Positions 1-8,925 of a stretch of 38,281 nt of DNA are shown here, one piece after another. Every line of letters begins with the position of its first letter. Within the stretch, counting starts at the first letter, position 1. The translations under genes were made by a program, and so were the position numbers. The DNA is from a virus. Its lineage: Duplodnaviria; Caudoviricetes. The stretch is taken from positions 1 to 38,281 of IMG/VR virus record IMGVR_UViG_3300006103_000037. One strand, written 5' to 3'. Below the pieces are notes generated by a model. That model had not been told where the DNA came from and did not search any database. It saw nothing but the letters and a program-made list of their open reading frames with translations.

Positions 1-1399
1 CAATACTAGAACCTGCTGCACCACCACTTGCATATGCTTGTGAACCAACAGCAGAACCAGTAGAGGTTAATTGTTTAACAACAGTAGAACCTGCTGTAAT
101 ACCTGTACCCGACAAAACTTGTCCAGCTTGAAATAATCCTGGTGTTACGTTACCAAGCGTTATTATTGAACCAGATGAACTGTTTCCTGTAGCAGATACC
201 CCAACAGCAACAAATGAACTTAAAGTAACATATTGAGCTGGGCTATTTGCGTTTGCTGGGTTAGTTACTGCATATCCATGAGCTGACGAAAATGTTACTA
301 AAGACTGACCACCATTAGATTGTCCAACAATAGAACTAATAGTCGGAGTAGCTGCACTAATAGTTAAAGTCTGTGATGTACCACCTGTAGCTGCGGCATT
401 GGTTTGGTCAAATATATCTGCGCCCATAGAACGCATACGGAATGACATAGCTGGATAGCGAATTGCTGAAGCTGGAACTGAACGATTCTGAGTCTTAGCA
501 TTATTACCATAGGAATATGTAAAACCACGTTGCTTATCAATACCACCTTCGATAAGAACAGATACCCCATAGTGAGTCATTAAAGAAGCACCACTGCTTC
601 CATTATCACGTTGCTCATAGCGAACAGGGAGGTTACCAGTACGGCTCCAAGGTCTAACTTGCGGAACACCATTGATAGTAGCATTACCTACACCAACTTG
701 ATGAAGAACCCAAGGCTCTCCGTTCATTGTTATACCCCAACGAAGTGAACCTGCACCGTACCAAGCATACTCCATCCAAATCATTTGGACTTTAGTCCAA
801 TCTAAGTTATCACGGATTTGCTTACTACCGTTCCATTGAGAAGCGTCAATAACTGTATCAGTTGGTAATCCAGAAGCATCAGAACGAATAACAACACTCA
901 TTGCATACGGATTAGTAGGCGTTGGAGAGCCGCTTTGCAGAAAGAAAATGCCGTTGGAATCATCAAAAATACCAACACGTTGTGTTTGGCCAGTAACAGA
1001 AGAGCCAAAGTTTACGTTAGAAGCCATGTACATTGTCTTACCAGGCTGATAACGATGGTAAGGACGTGACTGACGAATAGTAATATCACCGGGAGTATTA
1101 CCACCACCGATGTTCATTGAAACGCCACCTAGACCTGGGTTTTGAACAATATAAGCTTGTCCAGATACGTTTTGGATATACTGCTCCCAACGCAGGGGCT
1201 GAACGCCGTACTCAAAGTCAGCGTCATAAATATTTTGCGATTGTGATACTTTTAGCTTACCAACAACGTCACGCAAACGTTGAGGAGCGATAAATTCTGC
1301 TGCGCCATCAATACCTTGCCAAGCAGTACTTGGGGTTTGAGTCCCCATAGCACCCGTTTGGTTATTGGGCGAGAAGAAATTGAATAAATTTAAACCCAT
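1..1399 (-). CDS. Virion structural / tail-associated protein, partial (runs off the left edge; absent from the ORF track)
   Basis: ATG at 1399 with AAGGAG RBS. The frame reads MGLNLFNFFSPNNQ...IRQSRPYHRYQPGK...MEYAWYGAGSLRWG and becomes G/S/T/V-rich. It lies downstream of the capsid genes. Confidence 0.75.
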   Translation of the reverse strand, partial: MGLNLFNFFSPNNQTGAMGTQTPSTAWQGIDGAAEFIAPQRLRDVVGKLKVSQSQNIYDADFEYGVQPLRWEQYIQNVSGQAYIVQNPGLGGVSMNIGGGNTPGDITIRQSRPYHRYQPGKTMYMASNVNFGSSVTGQTQRVGIFDDSNGIFFLQSGSPTPTNPYAMSVVIRSDASGLPTDTVIDASQWNGSKQIRDNLDWTKVQMIWMEYAWYGAGSLRWGITMNGEPWVLHQVGVGNATINGVPQVRPWSRTGNLPVRYEQRDNGSSGASLMTHYGVSVLIEGGIDKQRGFTYSYGNNAKTQNRSVPASAIRYPAMSFRMRSMGADIFDQTNAAATGGTSQTLTISAATPTISSIVGQSNGGQSLVTFSSAHGYAVTNPANANSPAQYVTLSSFVAVGVSATGNSSSGSIITLGNVTPGLFQAGQVLSGTGITAGSTVVKQLTSTGSAVGSQAYASGGAAGSSI

Positions 1400-1418
1400 T
1401 TTAGCTCCTTAGATTATT

Positions 1419-1443
1419 TAAAAAAGGGGGATATTAACCCCCT
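1419..1443 (-). terminator. Intrinsic terminator
   Basis: Minus strand AGGGGG-ttaatat-CCCCCT followed by a T run, just after the stop at 1453. Confidence 0.65.
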
Positions 1444-1452
1444 ATTGAGTCA

Positions 1453-2154
1453 TTAATCAAAGTTACCGTATGGATAAGCAGTGCTAGAACCAATATTCAA
1501 ATCTTGTTGGGCATATTTTAAAGAAACAGCAATTTGACCAGATGTTGGAGTTGTTAAACTAGTATTAGTAATCTTCAATGTAACAACAACTTGTGAGAAC
1601 CATGTAGGTTGTGTACCAGGTTGCAAGTTTTGTACGTCTTGTAATGTACCAAAAGAACTAACTAATTGTGAACCTACAAAAGTTGCTGTGCCACGAGTAG
1701 CTGAAGTAATAGCAGCCATAGTAGCGTATACGCCAGAAGAAGTAGCAAAGTTGTTAGAAACATATGGTTGGATTGAGTTAGCAGTAACTGATCCATCGGT
1801 TGGAAGTACACCTACGTCAACAATAACGTCGGTAATATTTGAGCCTTGTGGCAATAAGAAAACAGCACCACGATAGATAGTGCCAGAAGCATCAGCTGTC
1901 GGTGAAGAAGCAGCAGTGGGGCCGTTTGTGCTATATGCACCAGCTTGAGGTGTCCAAATTGTAGCAGCCCTATTTGGAATGCCGTTTGGAGTTACAAATG
2001 TACCTGAACCGCCACCGTAGTTAGTAGTGTTAGCTGAAGTTACAGAAAAGTCTAAAAAAGCTTGTTGCGACAACAAAACTGGGCCAACGTCACGTTGTGG
2101 GCCAAAACGATTATCTCCAGCTAAAACTGGGCCTTCAAATGTACTACGTCCCAT
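1453..2154 (-). CDS. Putative virion structural protein
   Basis: G/S/T-rich ORF directly after the major capsid gene. AAGGAG RBS favours a start at 2154 (MGRSTFEGP) over 2172. Confidence 0.7.
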   Translation of the reverse strand: MGRSTFEGPVLAGDNRFGPQRDVGPVLLSQQAFLDFSVTSANTTNYGGGSGTFVTPNGIPNRAATIWTPQAGAYSTNGPTAASSPTADASGTIYRGAVFLLPQGSNITDVIVDVGVLPTDGSVTANSIQPYVSNNFATSSGVYATMAAITSATRGTATFVGSQLVSSFGTLQDVQNLQPGTQPTWFSQVVVTLKITNTSLTTPTSGQIAVSLKYAQQDLNIGSSTAYPYGNFD

Positions 2155-2164
2155 AATGGACTCC

Positions 2165-2237
2165 TTATGCAAAAGTTACTATCCCGATCATTGCATTGTC
2201 TGCTGGGGCAGTGGTGGAATAGTGGATTACCCAGATG
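2165..2237 (-). ncRNA. Structured RNA element downstream of the Mu-gpT-like capsid gene (candidate Mu-gpT-DE motif)
   Basis: Stem ACTATTCC/GGGATAGT, inner hairpin CTGC-CCCA-GCAG, and two possible pseudoknots (CTGGG/CCCAG; ATGCAA/TTGCAT next to the RBS). The position matches my recollection of the Mu-gpT-DE motif. Confidence 0.55.
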
Positions 2238-2242
2238 TGTTA

Positions 2243-2271
2243 TTTATACTACTTTTTAAAACTGTGTGCAA
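2243..2271 (-). promoter_or_regulatory. Sigma70-like promoter
   Basis: TTGCAC-17 bp-TATAAA on the minus strand, between the capsid terminator and the RNA element. Confidence 0.5.
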
Positions 2272-2281
2272 GTATTTAAAG

Positions 2282-2307
2282 GAAAAACCCCGCCTTTTGA
2301 GCGGGGT
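2282..2307 (-). terminator. Intrinsic terminator after the major capsid gene
   Basis: ACCCCGC-tcaaaag-GCGGGGT followed by a T run. Confidence 0.75.
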
Positions 2308-2340
2308 CCAAACTTATTTACGTTTGCTTAAAACTACGGA

Positions 2341-3243
2341 TTAATATGAACCGTAGATACCGAGTGGGTCAGAGTAACCGAAGCTATAACGCTCACGGCT
2401 CTTATAACGCACATTGCCAGTATCAAAGTCACCGTCCATAGAATTCTGGAGAGGTGTACGTTCGAAATGCTTCAAACCGTTAGGTACATCAGTTGTCAAG
2501 AACCATGCATTAGTTGCAGTCAAGAAGTGGTTAATTGTGTAACCTTCTGGAACGGAACCGTTGTTCTTAATAGCGTTGATGTCGTTGTTGTTTGTACCAA
2601 CACGGAGTTCTGTGTCGAGCAAACGAGTAGCAACGAATTGCAATGCTGGTGGAACAACCAATTTACGTGGTTTTGCAGCGATCAAGAGGCCACGCTCGTC
2701 AGTCCAAGCAGCGATCTGAATAACAGCATTTTCAAGTGCAGTTTCATTCAAGTCAGCAGGAGTAGATGGAGTGTTACCGTTTGTACCGCCGTTTACCAAT
2801 GGGTGAGCAGTGCTGAACAATGTTTGACCATCACCACCAACAAAGGAGGCATTGAAACCATTGTTTAATACAGCAGCAGCTTTAACCTGTTTGGTATAAG
2901 CCATAGCACGAGCTAGACCTTTAGTATAGCGAGCAGATAAAGAATCGTAGAGGTTATCTTCGATTGCTTCTTCAGTCAAGCTAAAGCCAAGGGCGATAGT
3001 TTCGTGGTTGTAGCGAGCTGTCCAAGCTTCTTGTGCATTGTCATAAGCAATTGCAGAACCTTCATTCTTAACCGGAGCGGCTGAGAATCCAGACAGTTTT
3101 GTTTCTTCTTCAAAAGAACGCTCAGAAGTCTCTGTTTCGTAGATTTCTTTGTGTTCTTCACCATAGCGAGCATACTCTAATCCGAACAATGCATTCAATC
3201 CGGGGAGCAACTCTTTCAGTAGTTGTGCGCGTGAAATAGCCAT
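2341..3243 (-). CDS. Major capsid protein (Mu gpT-like, HK97 fold)
   Basis: 300 aa, MAISRAQLLKELLPGLNALFGLEY...DFDTGNVRYKSRERYSFGYSDP. Strong RBS, followed by a terminator, located in the head module. Confidence 0.9.
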   Translation of the reverse strand: MAISRAQLLKELLPGLNALFGLEYARYGEEHKEIYETETSERSFEEETKLSGFSAAPVKNEGSAIAYDNAQEAWTARYNHETIALGFSLTEEAIEDNLYDSLSARYTKGLARAMAYTKQVKAAAVLNNGFNASFVGGDGQTLFSTAHPLVNGGTNGNTPSTPADLNETALENAVIQIAAWTDERGLLIAAKPRKLVVPPALQFVATRLLDTELRVGTNNNDINAIKNNGSVPEGYTINHFLTATNAWFLTTDVPNGLKHFERTPLQNSMDGDFDTGNVRYKSRERYSFGYSDPLGIYGSY

Positions 3244-3258
3244 TTAAAAGCTCCTTAA

Positions 3259-4086
3259 TTAAACTGCAGTAGCAGAGTAGTAACCGTGATAACCGAAGTT
3301 AAATTTCACGAGTACTTCTGGATACTGTGTGAACACCAATGTCGAATTTGCTACAAAAGCTGCAGTTGGTGCTGCGTTGATGGTAACGGAAGTAGCGCCT
3401 GCAGTAGCTGCAGAAGATACATATGAACCGCTTTGGATAAGTTGACCAGCAGAGTCTAAAGAGCCTACATCTGTACCTAATACGAGTGCTTGTGGGAGGG
3501 CGCTTGTAGTCAAAGTAGTAGATGCACCTGATACGAAAGTAGCAGTGCCTAAAGAAACAGCAGTATCACGAACGATGTCGATAACGCGGAAAGGCAATGT
3601 AGCTGTGCTCAATGAAGATGGAACCAAGATTGAGTTAGCAGAGTCACCTGTGTTTGTGTTACCAGCAACAGTTGTAATACCACCAACGTTGGAACCGACC
3701 ATTACTTGAGCTGCAGAACCGATAGTAGAACCAGCGGAACACATAACAGCCTTAATAACGATATCTGGGTCATCAGAAATGATTGCAGTAATATCGCCAG
3801 CAAGGATGCCGCCAGGATAGTATTGTGACCATAAACGTTGTTTAGTTGTTGGGCTAGTGTAGTAGCAACCCAAGAACACACCAGTAGTTTGGTTAGCAGT
3901 AGTTGCGGATGCAATTGATGCGCGGGTAACAAACCCGTTTACTTCTTTAATCGCGTCGCCAAAAAAGATTGCGGTAGCATAGTTGTACTGAATCTGCACA
4001 TTACGTGTAGAACCAGAAAACACTTGACCACCGATCAAGTTAAGCGGCTTGTACCCATAGGGTGCTGGAACGATAGGATAAGCCAT
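3259..4086 (-). CDS. Putative capsid decoration/minor head protein
   Basis: 275 aa, A/T/S/G-rich, immediately upstream of the capsid gene, AGGAG RBS. Confidence 0.65.
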   Translation of the reverse strand: MAYPIVPAPYGYKPLNLIGGQVFSGSTRNVQIQYNYATAIFFGDAIKEVNGFVTRASIASATTANQTTGVFLGCYYTSPTTKQRLWSQYYPGGILAGDITAIISDDPDIVIKAVMCSAGSTIGSAAQVMVGSNVGGITTVAGNTNTGDSANSILVPSSLSTATLPFRVIDIVRDTAVSLGTATFVSGASTTLTTSALPQALVLGTDVGSLDSAGQLIQSGSYVSSAATAGATSVTINAAPTAAFVANSTLVFTQYPEVLVKFNFGYHGYYSATAV

Positions 4087-4105
4087 TTGAAACTCCTAAG
4101 TTTAT

Positions 4106-4555
4106 TTAATTACCTTTACCAAAACTAGTCGATGATCTGCTTTCTTTAAAAATAGGCATTCTCGAATCGCTTTGGCGCATTAAATTATTATCTACAGCTT
4201 CTGTCTGAGCTTGGGTTTGCTTAGCATAATATTCCTGCTGCTGAACCAATAACTCTTCTGGAGTTTTGCAAAGTAATAATCCACCAATCTCAATATTGTC
4301 TTTAAAACGACTATCAGGATCAGTTAACAGTTTAAATTTGGGTTGTTCTTCGATTCTTACTGGCTCCCAACCTTCTCTTATTTTGGAAGAGACGTTGCGT
4401 GGGTCAGCTTTATCTAGCATCGAAACACGAATCCAACGATACGCATACCCAGCCTCTTTGTCAGGCTCTGGGAGTAATTCTGGGGGAGTCCACTGCTTAG
4501 GACGCTCCTGTGTTACACGGGTATCTAATTCACGAGTAATTCTGTTGTTAGCCAT
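4106..4555 (-). CDS. Conserved head-module protein of unknown function
   Basis: WTPPELLPEP...GYAYRWIR...REGWEPV; coupled to the scaffold gene. Confidence 0.7.
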   Translation of the reverse strand: MANNRITRELDTRVTQERPKQWTPPELLPEPDKEAGYAYRWIRVSMLDKADPRNVSSKIREGWEPVRIEEQPKFKLLTDPDSRFKDNIEIGGLLLCKTPEELLVQQQEYYAKQTQAQTEAVDNNLMRQSDSRMPIFKESRSSTSFGKGN

Positions 4556-5505
4556 TATTGTTTCTCCAATTTCATTTGTTCACGGGCATACTGCTCTGGG
4601 GTTAAGCCTAGCTTTTTAGCAATCGCTTGCGCTGAGGTCGATAGTTTTACTTGTTTGGAAGATGTACTTCGAGTTGCGGGCGCAACAACTACTTTTGGCT
4701 TAGCTCTAGTAGGTTTTTGGGCCTCTGATTCGCTCTCTGCCTCGTCCTCTATAGTACTAAAGTACTCAGGGAACTTTTCCCGCATAGTTTTGTCTATGCG
4801 TTTGAAATATTGGTCGGTACCAACAATGTTCTGTCCGTACTCGTCTAACAATTCTTCATGCACACCAACAGCAAAACTGGACATAGCTTTTTTGGCGCCA
4901 TACCAAGGATTATTGTCTAACCAAGCTTGAGTTTTAGGCTCAATTTTTGGCTTAGTGTTTTGCACTGACTCTATTGTTACATCGTTTTCAAATTCTTGTA
5001 AAGCACTAGGTCTAAACTGCCGAGCCTGCTGTGTCTTATAAGATGCTTCATTGAGTTGTGTCTGTGCTTCGACGATTAAGTTAGCATCTCCACTCTCCAA
5101 TGCGTCTTTGTAAGCACGTTGGGCATTTTGTAGCTCAAGGTTAGCAGAGCTTTGTACAGTCTCAATATAGGATTTTTCGCCTGTAGAGAGGGTTGCACGG
5201 AGCCTTTTGTTCTCATCGAGTGCTTTTTTAGCTAAATTAATAGCTTCTTGCTGCTCTCTAAGGGCTGCTTCTTTGGCTCTACGCTCATCGTTCCATACCT
5301 TTTTATATTGCGCTAGGCGTTCTTTTTGAGCTTTAGGGTCTAATTCTTCTTCTGCTGGGTCTTCTTTTTCCAGCTTTTCCACAATTTCTTTAGGCATTGG
5401 TTGCCGATTGCGGTCTTCTGGGGGTGTATCGTCTTCGATTTCAATTTCAATATCTAACTCTTCGTTATCAATTTCATCGGGAAACTTAAATTCTTGCTCA
5501 GCCAT
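4555..5505 (-). CDS. Putative scaffolding protein
   Basis: Acidic N-terminus, long coiled coil, C-terminal AKKLGLTPEQYA. The RBS favours a start at 5505. Confidence 0.65.
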   Translation of the reverse strand: MAEQEFKFPDEIDNEELDIEIEIEDDTPPEDRNRQPMPKEIVEKLEKEDPAEEELDPKAQKERLAQYKKVWNDERRAKEAALREQQEAINLAKKALDENKRLRATLSTGEKSYIETVQSSANLELQNAQRAYKDALESGDANLIVEAQTQLNEASYKTQQARQFRPSALQEFENDVTIESVQNTKPKIEPKTQAWLDNNPWYGAKKAMSSFAVGVHEELLDEYGQNIVGTDQYFKRIDKTMREKFPEYFSTIEDEAESESEAQKPTRAKPKVVVAPATRSTSSKQVKLSTSAQAIAKKLGLTPEQYAREQMKLEKQ

Positions 5506-5515
5506 TTGGGGCTCC

Positions 5516-5935
5516 TTAATTTGCACGTTTGATGCCGCGTGGGTCTTGTACTACGGCCTCTACGGAATCATCATTAATCATACGAAACTCACGGCCATGA
5601 ATAAGTAGGCGTGTACCAGCATTGGGTCTGACCAATACAAAATCACCTTGTTTACACCACGGACCTGAGGGGAAACGCTCTTTATCAGAGTAGCAGTCTG
5701 GACCAAGCGATACTACGAATAGAACTGTTGCCAGCTTTTCTTCGAAGCTCATGGTTTGATCTGCTTTTAGAATGCCGCTTTCAAATTCCTTTTCCACTTC
5801 GGGAATAGCGCACATAATGCGATAACCTGATGGTGTCGGTACTTGTCGGGCTTTTTCATCGTCTGTTGCTTGAAATTTTACTGAACCTACTATTTCTGGA
5901 TTATCGGGGTTTGAGCCGATAAGGATTTCAGTCAT
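5516..5935 (-). CDS. groES: GroES/Cpn10-like co-chaperonin
   Basis: PSGYRIM...ESGIL...VVSLGPD...KQGDFVL...GREFRMINDDSVEAVV matches the Cpn10 pattern. Confidence 0.8.
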   Translation of the reverse strand: MTEILIGSNPDNPEIVGSVKFQATDDEKARQVPTPSGYRIMCAIPEVEKEFESGILKADQTMSFEEKLATVLFVVSLGPDCYSDKERFPSGPWCKQGDFVLVRPNAGTRLLIHGREFRMINDDSVEAVVQDPRGIKRAN

Positions 5936-6116
5936 CTGAGTGCTCCAATTGTTTTGCGAGGTCTTCAATGATTGCACATGCAGCTTCTAGACCTCGAATC
6001 TGTCCACATGTGTACCTATATTCCGCAAAGTCTGTACAGGCGCCACGGGCTAATGCTTTTTGAAGCATCTCCATACGTTCCTTTAGTTCTTTGAGGTAAT
6101 ACTCGTTTAGATCCAT
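5928..6116 (-). CDS. Small conserved protein after the portal
   Basis: 62 aa, DFAEYRYTCGQIRGL; translationally coupled to the portal. Confidence 0.7.
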   Translation of the reverse strand: MDLNEYYLKELKERMEMLQKALARGACTDFAEYRYTCGQIRGLEAACAIIEDLAKQLEHSDD

Positions 6117-8659
6117 TATTCTTTACCTTTTGGGGTTTGATTACGTTTTTGTGCTTCCATTTGCGCTATTGCTTGCTCGTGTGTGAGCCTTGCTTGATGG
6201 GTTTGTGCTGCAATTTGATCCTTAGCTTTAGCTACATCTACACCAATTCTTAGGCCATCTGTTGCCTGTCTTGCTGCTAAATTAGCCTTATCGTTCTGGA
6301 CTTTTGCTCCAATATTCATACCAGCAATCTTTTCTTGAGACTGGATACGGGCACGTTCAAGTTCAATCTGGTCAGCTTTAGCAGAGGCATCAGCAATCAT
6401 CTTCTTCTGCTTAGTTTCAGCATCAAGCTTCTTAATAGCGAGTTCTTGTTGTTGCATTTGGACAATCGGATCTTGCGCTGCTTGCTGAGCTTGTTGTGCT
6501 GCAATTGCTGTCTTATTCTGGTTAAGAATAACTTGAGATGCTTGGGCAGCAAGTTGAGAGATATGAACTTCCATAGCTGGAGGCATACCTTGGTCTTCTG
6601 GGGCATCATCTGGATGGAACGGCAACTCAACACCCATCTGGGCTTCCATTTGTTTACGATACTCATAGGCAATATGCTCATTGATATGCGCAGTCATAGC
6701 AGCCATAAGGGTTTGTGCTTGTGGGTTTTGGCCAATAAGCTGAGCAATCTTAGGGTCTTGCATTGCAGACTTATGTACCATGATGTGTGCCTGATGGTCT
6801 TGATATAAAAACGCACGGACAGGTTTGCTCATCAAAATGTTCTGGTTCTCAGTGATCGGATCTTCTGGCTTATGGTCATCAGGTAACTGAACTAACTTAG
6901 CTGCATTCTTAACGCCAAGAACTTCTAACATCTGACGGTGTAGATACGGGAGGTTATATAACTGTGGTGCTTGTTGTGCTAACTGCATTACTGCTTGGTA
7001 CTGCACAACCTTTTGTGACATGGTCGCTGCATTAGGGTCGCTAACTGGAATAACTTCTACTAAATCATAGTCAGACCGTTTAGCTTTGCGCTCACCTTCC
7101 TCTGGCTCATACTCATACTCATCAGGGGTGTAGTCACGAATAATGTCGCGCAGAAGACAGAGCTCCTTCTTCAATGCATAGTGGATGCGGGCTTGTACTG
7201 CGGACATAACTTTCAGCGTACGTTCTAGAATTGCTAGAGTTGTACCAACGGGAGCCTGGGCGGACATATCACTAACTTGTAAGTCAGCTGCGCCTGCAAA
7301 ACCACGACCTTCTGTAATAATCTTATCTAATAACCCTGCTAATACTTGACTTGGCTCTTTGTATGGCAACGGCATGATGTTGTCACGCATTGTGCCACTA
7401 GGAACATCTACGTCCCTGAACTCGCCGGGGGCGATGGGGGTGTCATCACCTTTGACTCGCAAGCCACGGGTCTTAAAGCCACCTGGCAAGTTTGCAAGTG
7501 ATCCGGCGTCGACAAGCTGACGTAAGATAGAAGTACCACTCTTAGCAAATGCCCCAATAAGATGAATAAGGCCAAAACAATAGAAGCCAAAACCAGGTAT
7601 ATACCCGTAGTGGACGAAGTGCGATCTTGCTTTCTTGAGTTCATCTTCTGGTCTCCAATTTCTGCGGATAGCTAAAACCGTCTGGGTAGCTTTCTCTATT
7701 GTCACAATGTATGGAAGTGCTATACCAGTCGGCTCGCCTTCGTCATCTAAGTCCTCATACCCTTCAAGGTCGAGGTTAACCATCATCTCTAATATCTTAT
7801 AGCGGCTATCTACAGAGGCACGAAAGCCCATCTTCTCTGCAATTTTCTTCTCTACTTCATCAAAGCTATCTACTGGCTCTGGTAAATCAATATCTAACCA
7901 AAAACCTGCGTGTTGCAATATGCGAACTTCATTCTCTGTCTTGCGCATTACATGCGTTACCCGTGGAGCTGTTTCAAGGCTCGAAGCGCCGTACGGCACA
8001 ACTAAGTCTTCCGCTGGGACAAACATACTAACTTGGCGGTTCAATGATGGGTCAAAGTAAACCTTTTTAAACGCATTACCTGAAAGACCTAAGCCCCACA
8101 ACATTCGCTCTGTTTCTGGGCGGTACTCTTCCATTACATCAGTTAACTGATAGTTCATGTCATCTTGGACACGAGTTGCTGCATCTTTTTTCTCTTGTGT
8201 TTCTTTACCAATGATCTGGGTTTTTACAGGGCCCGATGCAGGGAATATGCTGGTAATTGTTTCTGCTTGGAACTTAACTAGGGTCTCGGAAAGCAATGGA
8301 TGATATACACCACAAGCTCCAGGCCACGGCTCCATACGCTCTTCAATGTTCATACCTAACAACTGTAGACCATCTACATACGTCTGAATCCAGTCTTTAC
8401 GAGAGGATATATCTTCCTCAAATTCGCCAAGTAAATCACCAGCTAACATCTGCAACTGGCCTTCTGTAAGATACTCAGCTAAGTTATCATCAAAGCCTTC
8501 TTCGTCTTCACCATCTTTTTCCATGTGCAATAGAGACTGCCCGCCAATACCAATGTCTACAGACTCTGGGTCTTCAATCGAAATCTCAAGGGGCTCTTCT
8601 TCCTCCGCTGCTTGGTTGATTCCTAGTGGTGCTGCGTATAAACCTTTTTCCATTGCCAT
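6116..8659 (-). CDS. Portal protein (podovirus type, with a long Q/A-rich C-terminal helix)
   Basis: 847 aa, between TerL and the scaffold; GNAFKKVYFD and GFYCFGLIHLIG motifs; coiled-coil tail. Confidence 0.85.
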   Translation of the reverse strand: MAMEKGLYAAPLGINQAAEEEEPLEISIEDPESVDIGIGGQSLLHMEKDGEDEEGFDDNLAEYLTEGQLQMLAGDLLGEFEEDISSRKDWIQTYVDGLQLLGMNIEERMEPWPGACGVYHPLLSETLVKFQAETITSIFPASGPVKTQIIGKETQEKKDAATRVQDDMNYQLTDVMEEYRPETERMLWGLGLSGNAFKKVYFDPSLNRQVSMFVPAEDLVVPYGASSLETAPRVTHVMRKTENEVRILQHAGFWLDIDLPEPVDSFDEVEKKIAEKMGFRASVDSRYKILEMMVNLDLEGYEDLDDEGEPTGIALPYIVTIEKATQTVLAIRRNWRPEDELKKARSHFVHYGYIPGFGFYCFGLIHLIGAFAKSGTSILRQLVDAGSLANLPGGFKTRGLRVKGDDTPIAPGEFRDVDVPSGTMRDNIMPLPYKEPSQVLAGLLDKIITEGRGFAGAADLQVSDMSAQAPVGTTLAILERTLKVMSAVQARIHYALKKELCLLRDIIRDYTPDEYEYEPEEGERKAKRSDYDLVEVIPVSDPNAATMSQKVVQYQAVMQLAQQAPQLYNLPYLHRQMLEVLGVKNAAKLVQLPDDHKPEDPITENQNILMSKPVRAFLYQDHQAHIMVHKSAMQDPKIAQLIGQNPQAQTLMAAMTAHINEHIAYEYRKQMEAQMGVELPFHPDDAPEDQGMPPAMEVHISQLAAQASQVILNQNKTAIAAQQAQQAAQDPIVQMQQQELAIKKLDAETKQKKMIADASAKADQIELERARIQSQEKIAGMNIGAKVQNDKANLAARQATDGLRIGVDVAKAKDQIAAQTHQARLTHEQAIAQMEAQKRNQTPKGKE

Positions 8660-8661
8660 AA

Positions 8662-8925
8662 TTATTTCCTAAGTGTTGCTCTGTTTGTCTTTGGGTCGTA
8701 CTTAAATTCTGACGGAGTTCGCCCAGATCCTTTTGATGCTCTATCTATTGCACGTTCTTTAGCGGTCATGTTGTCACGTTTCTGACCCGCTTTTGTTAAT
8801 GTCTTTCCATCTGCTTCTAACTGCCCACGTTTTTTAAGGATACCAATGGCTATTTCTTCGCTACCTACCTGAGCTGCAAGTCTTTTAACTAGCTGGTGCC
8901 TACCCATGTATTTCTGCGTTGTCAT
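8662..8925 (-). CDS. Hypothetical basic protein
   Basis: 87 aa, coupled to TerL by an ATGA overlap. Confidence 0.65.
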   Translation of the reverse strand: MTTQKYMGRHQLVKRLAAQVGSEEIAIGILKKRGQLEADGKTLTKAGQKRDNMTAKERAIDRASKGSGRTPSEFKYDPKTNRATLRK

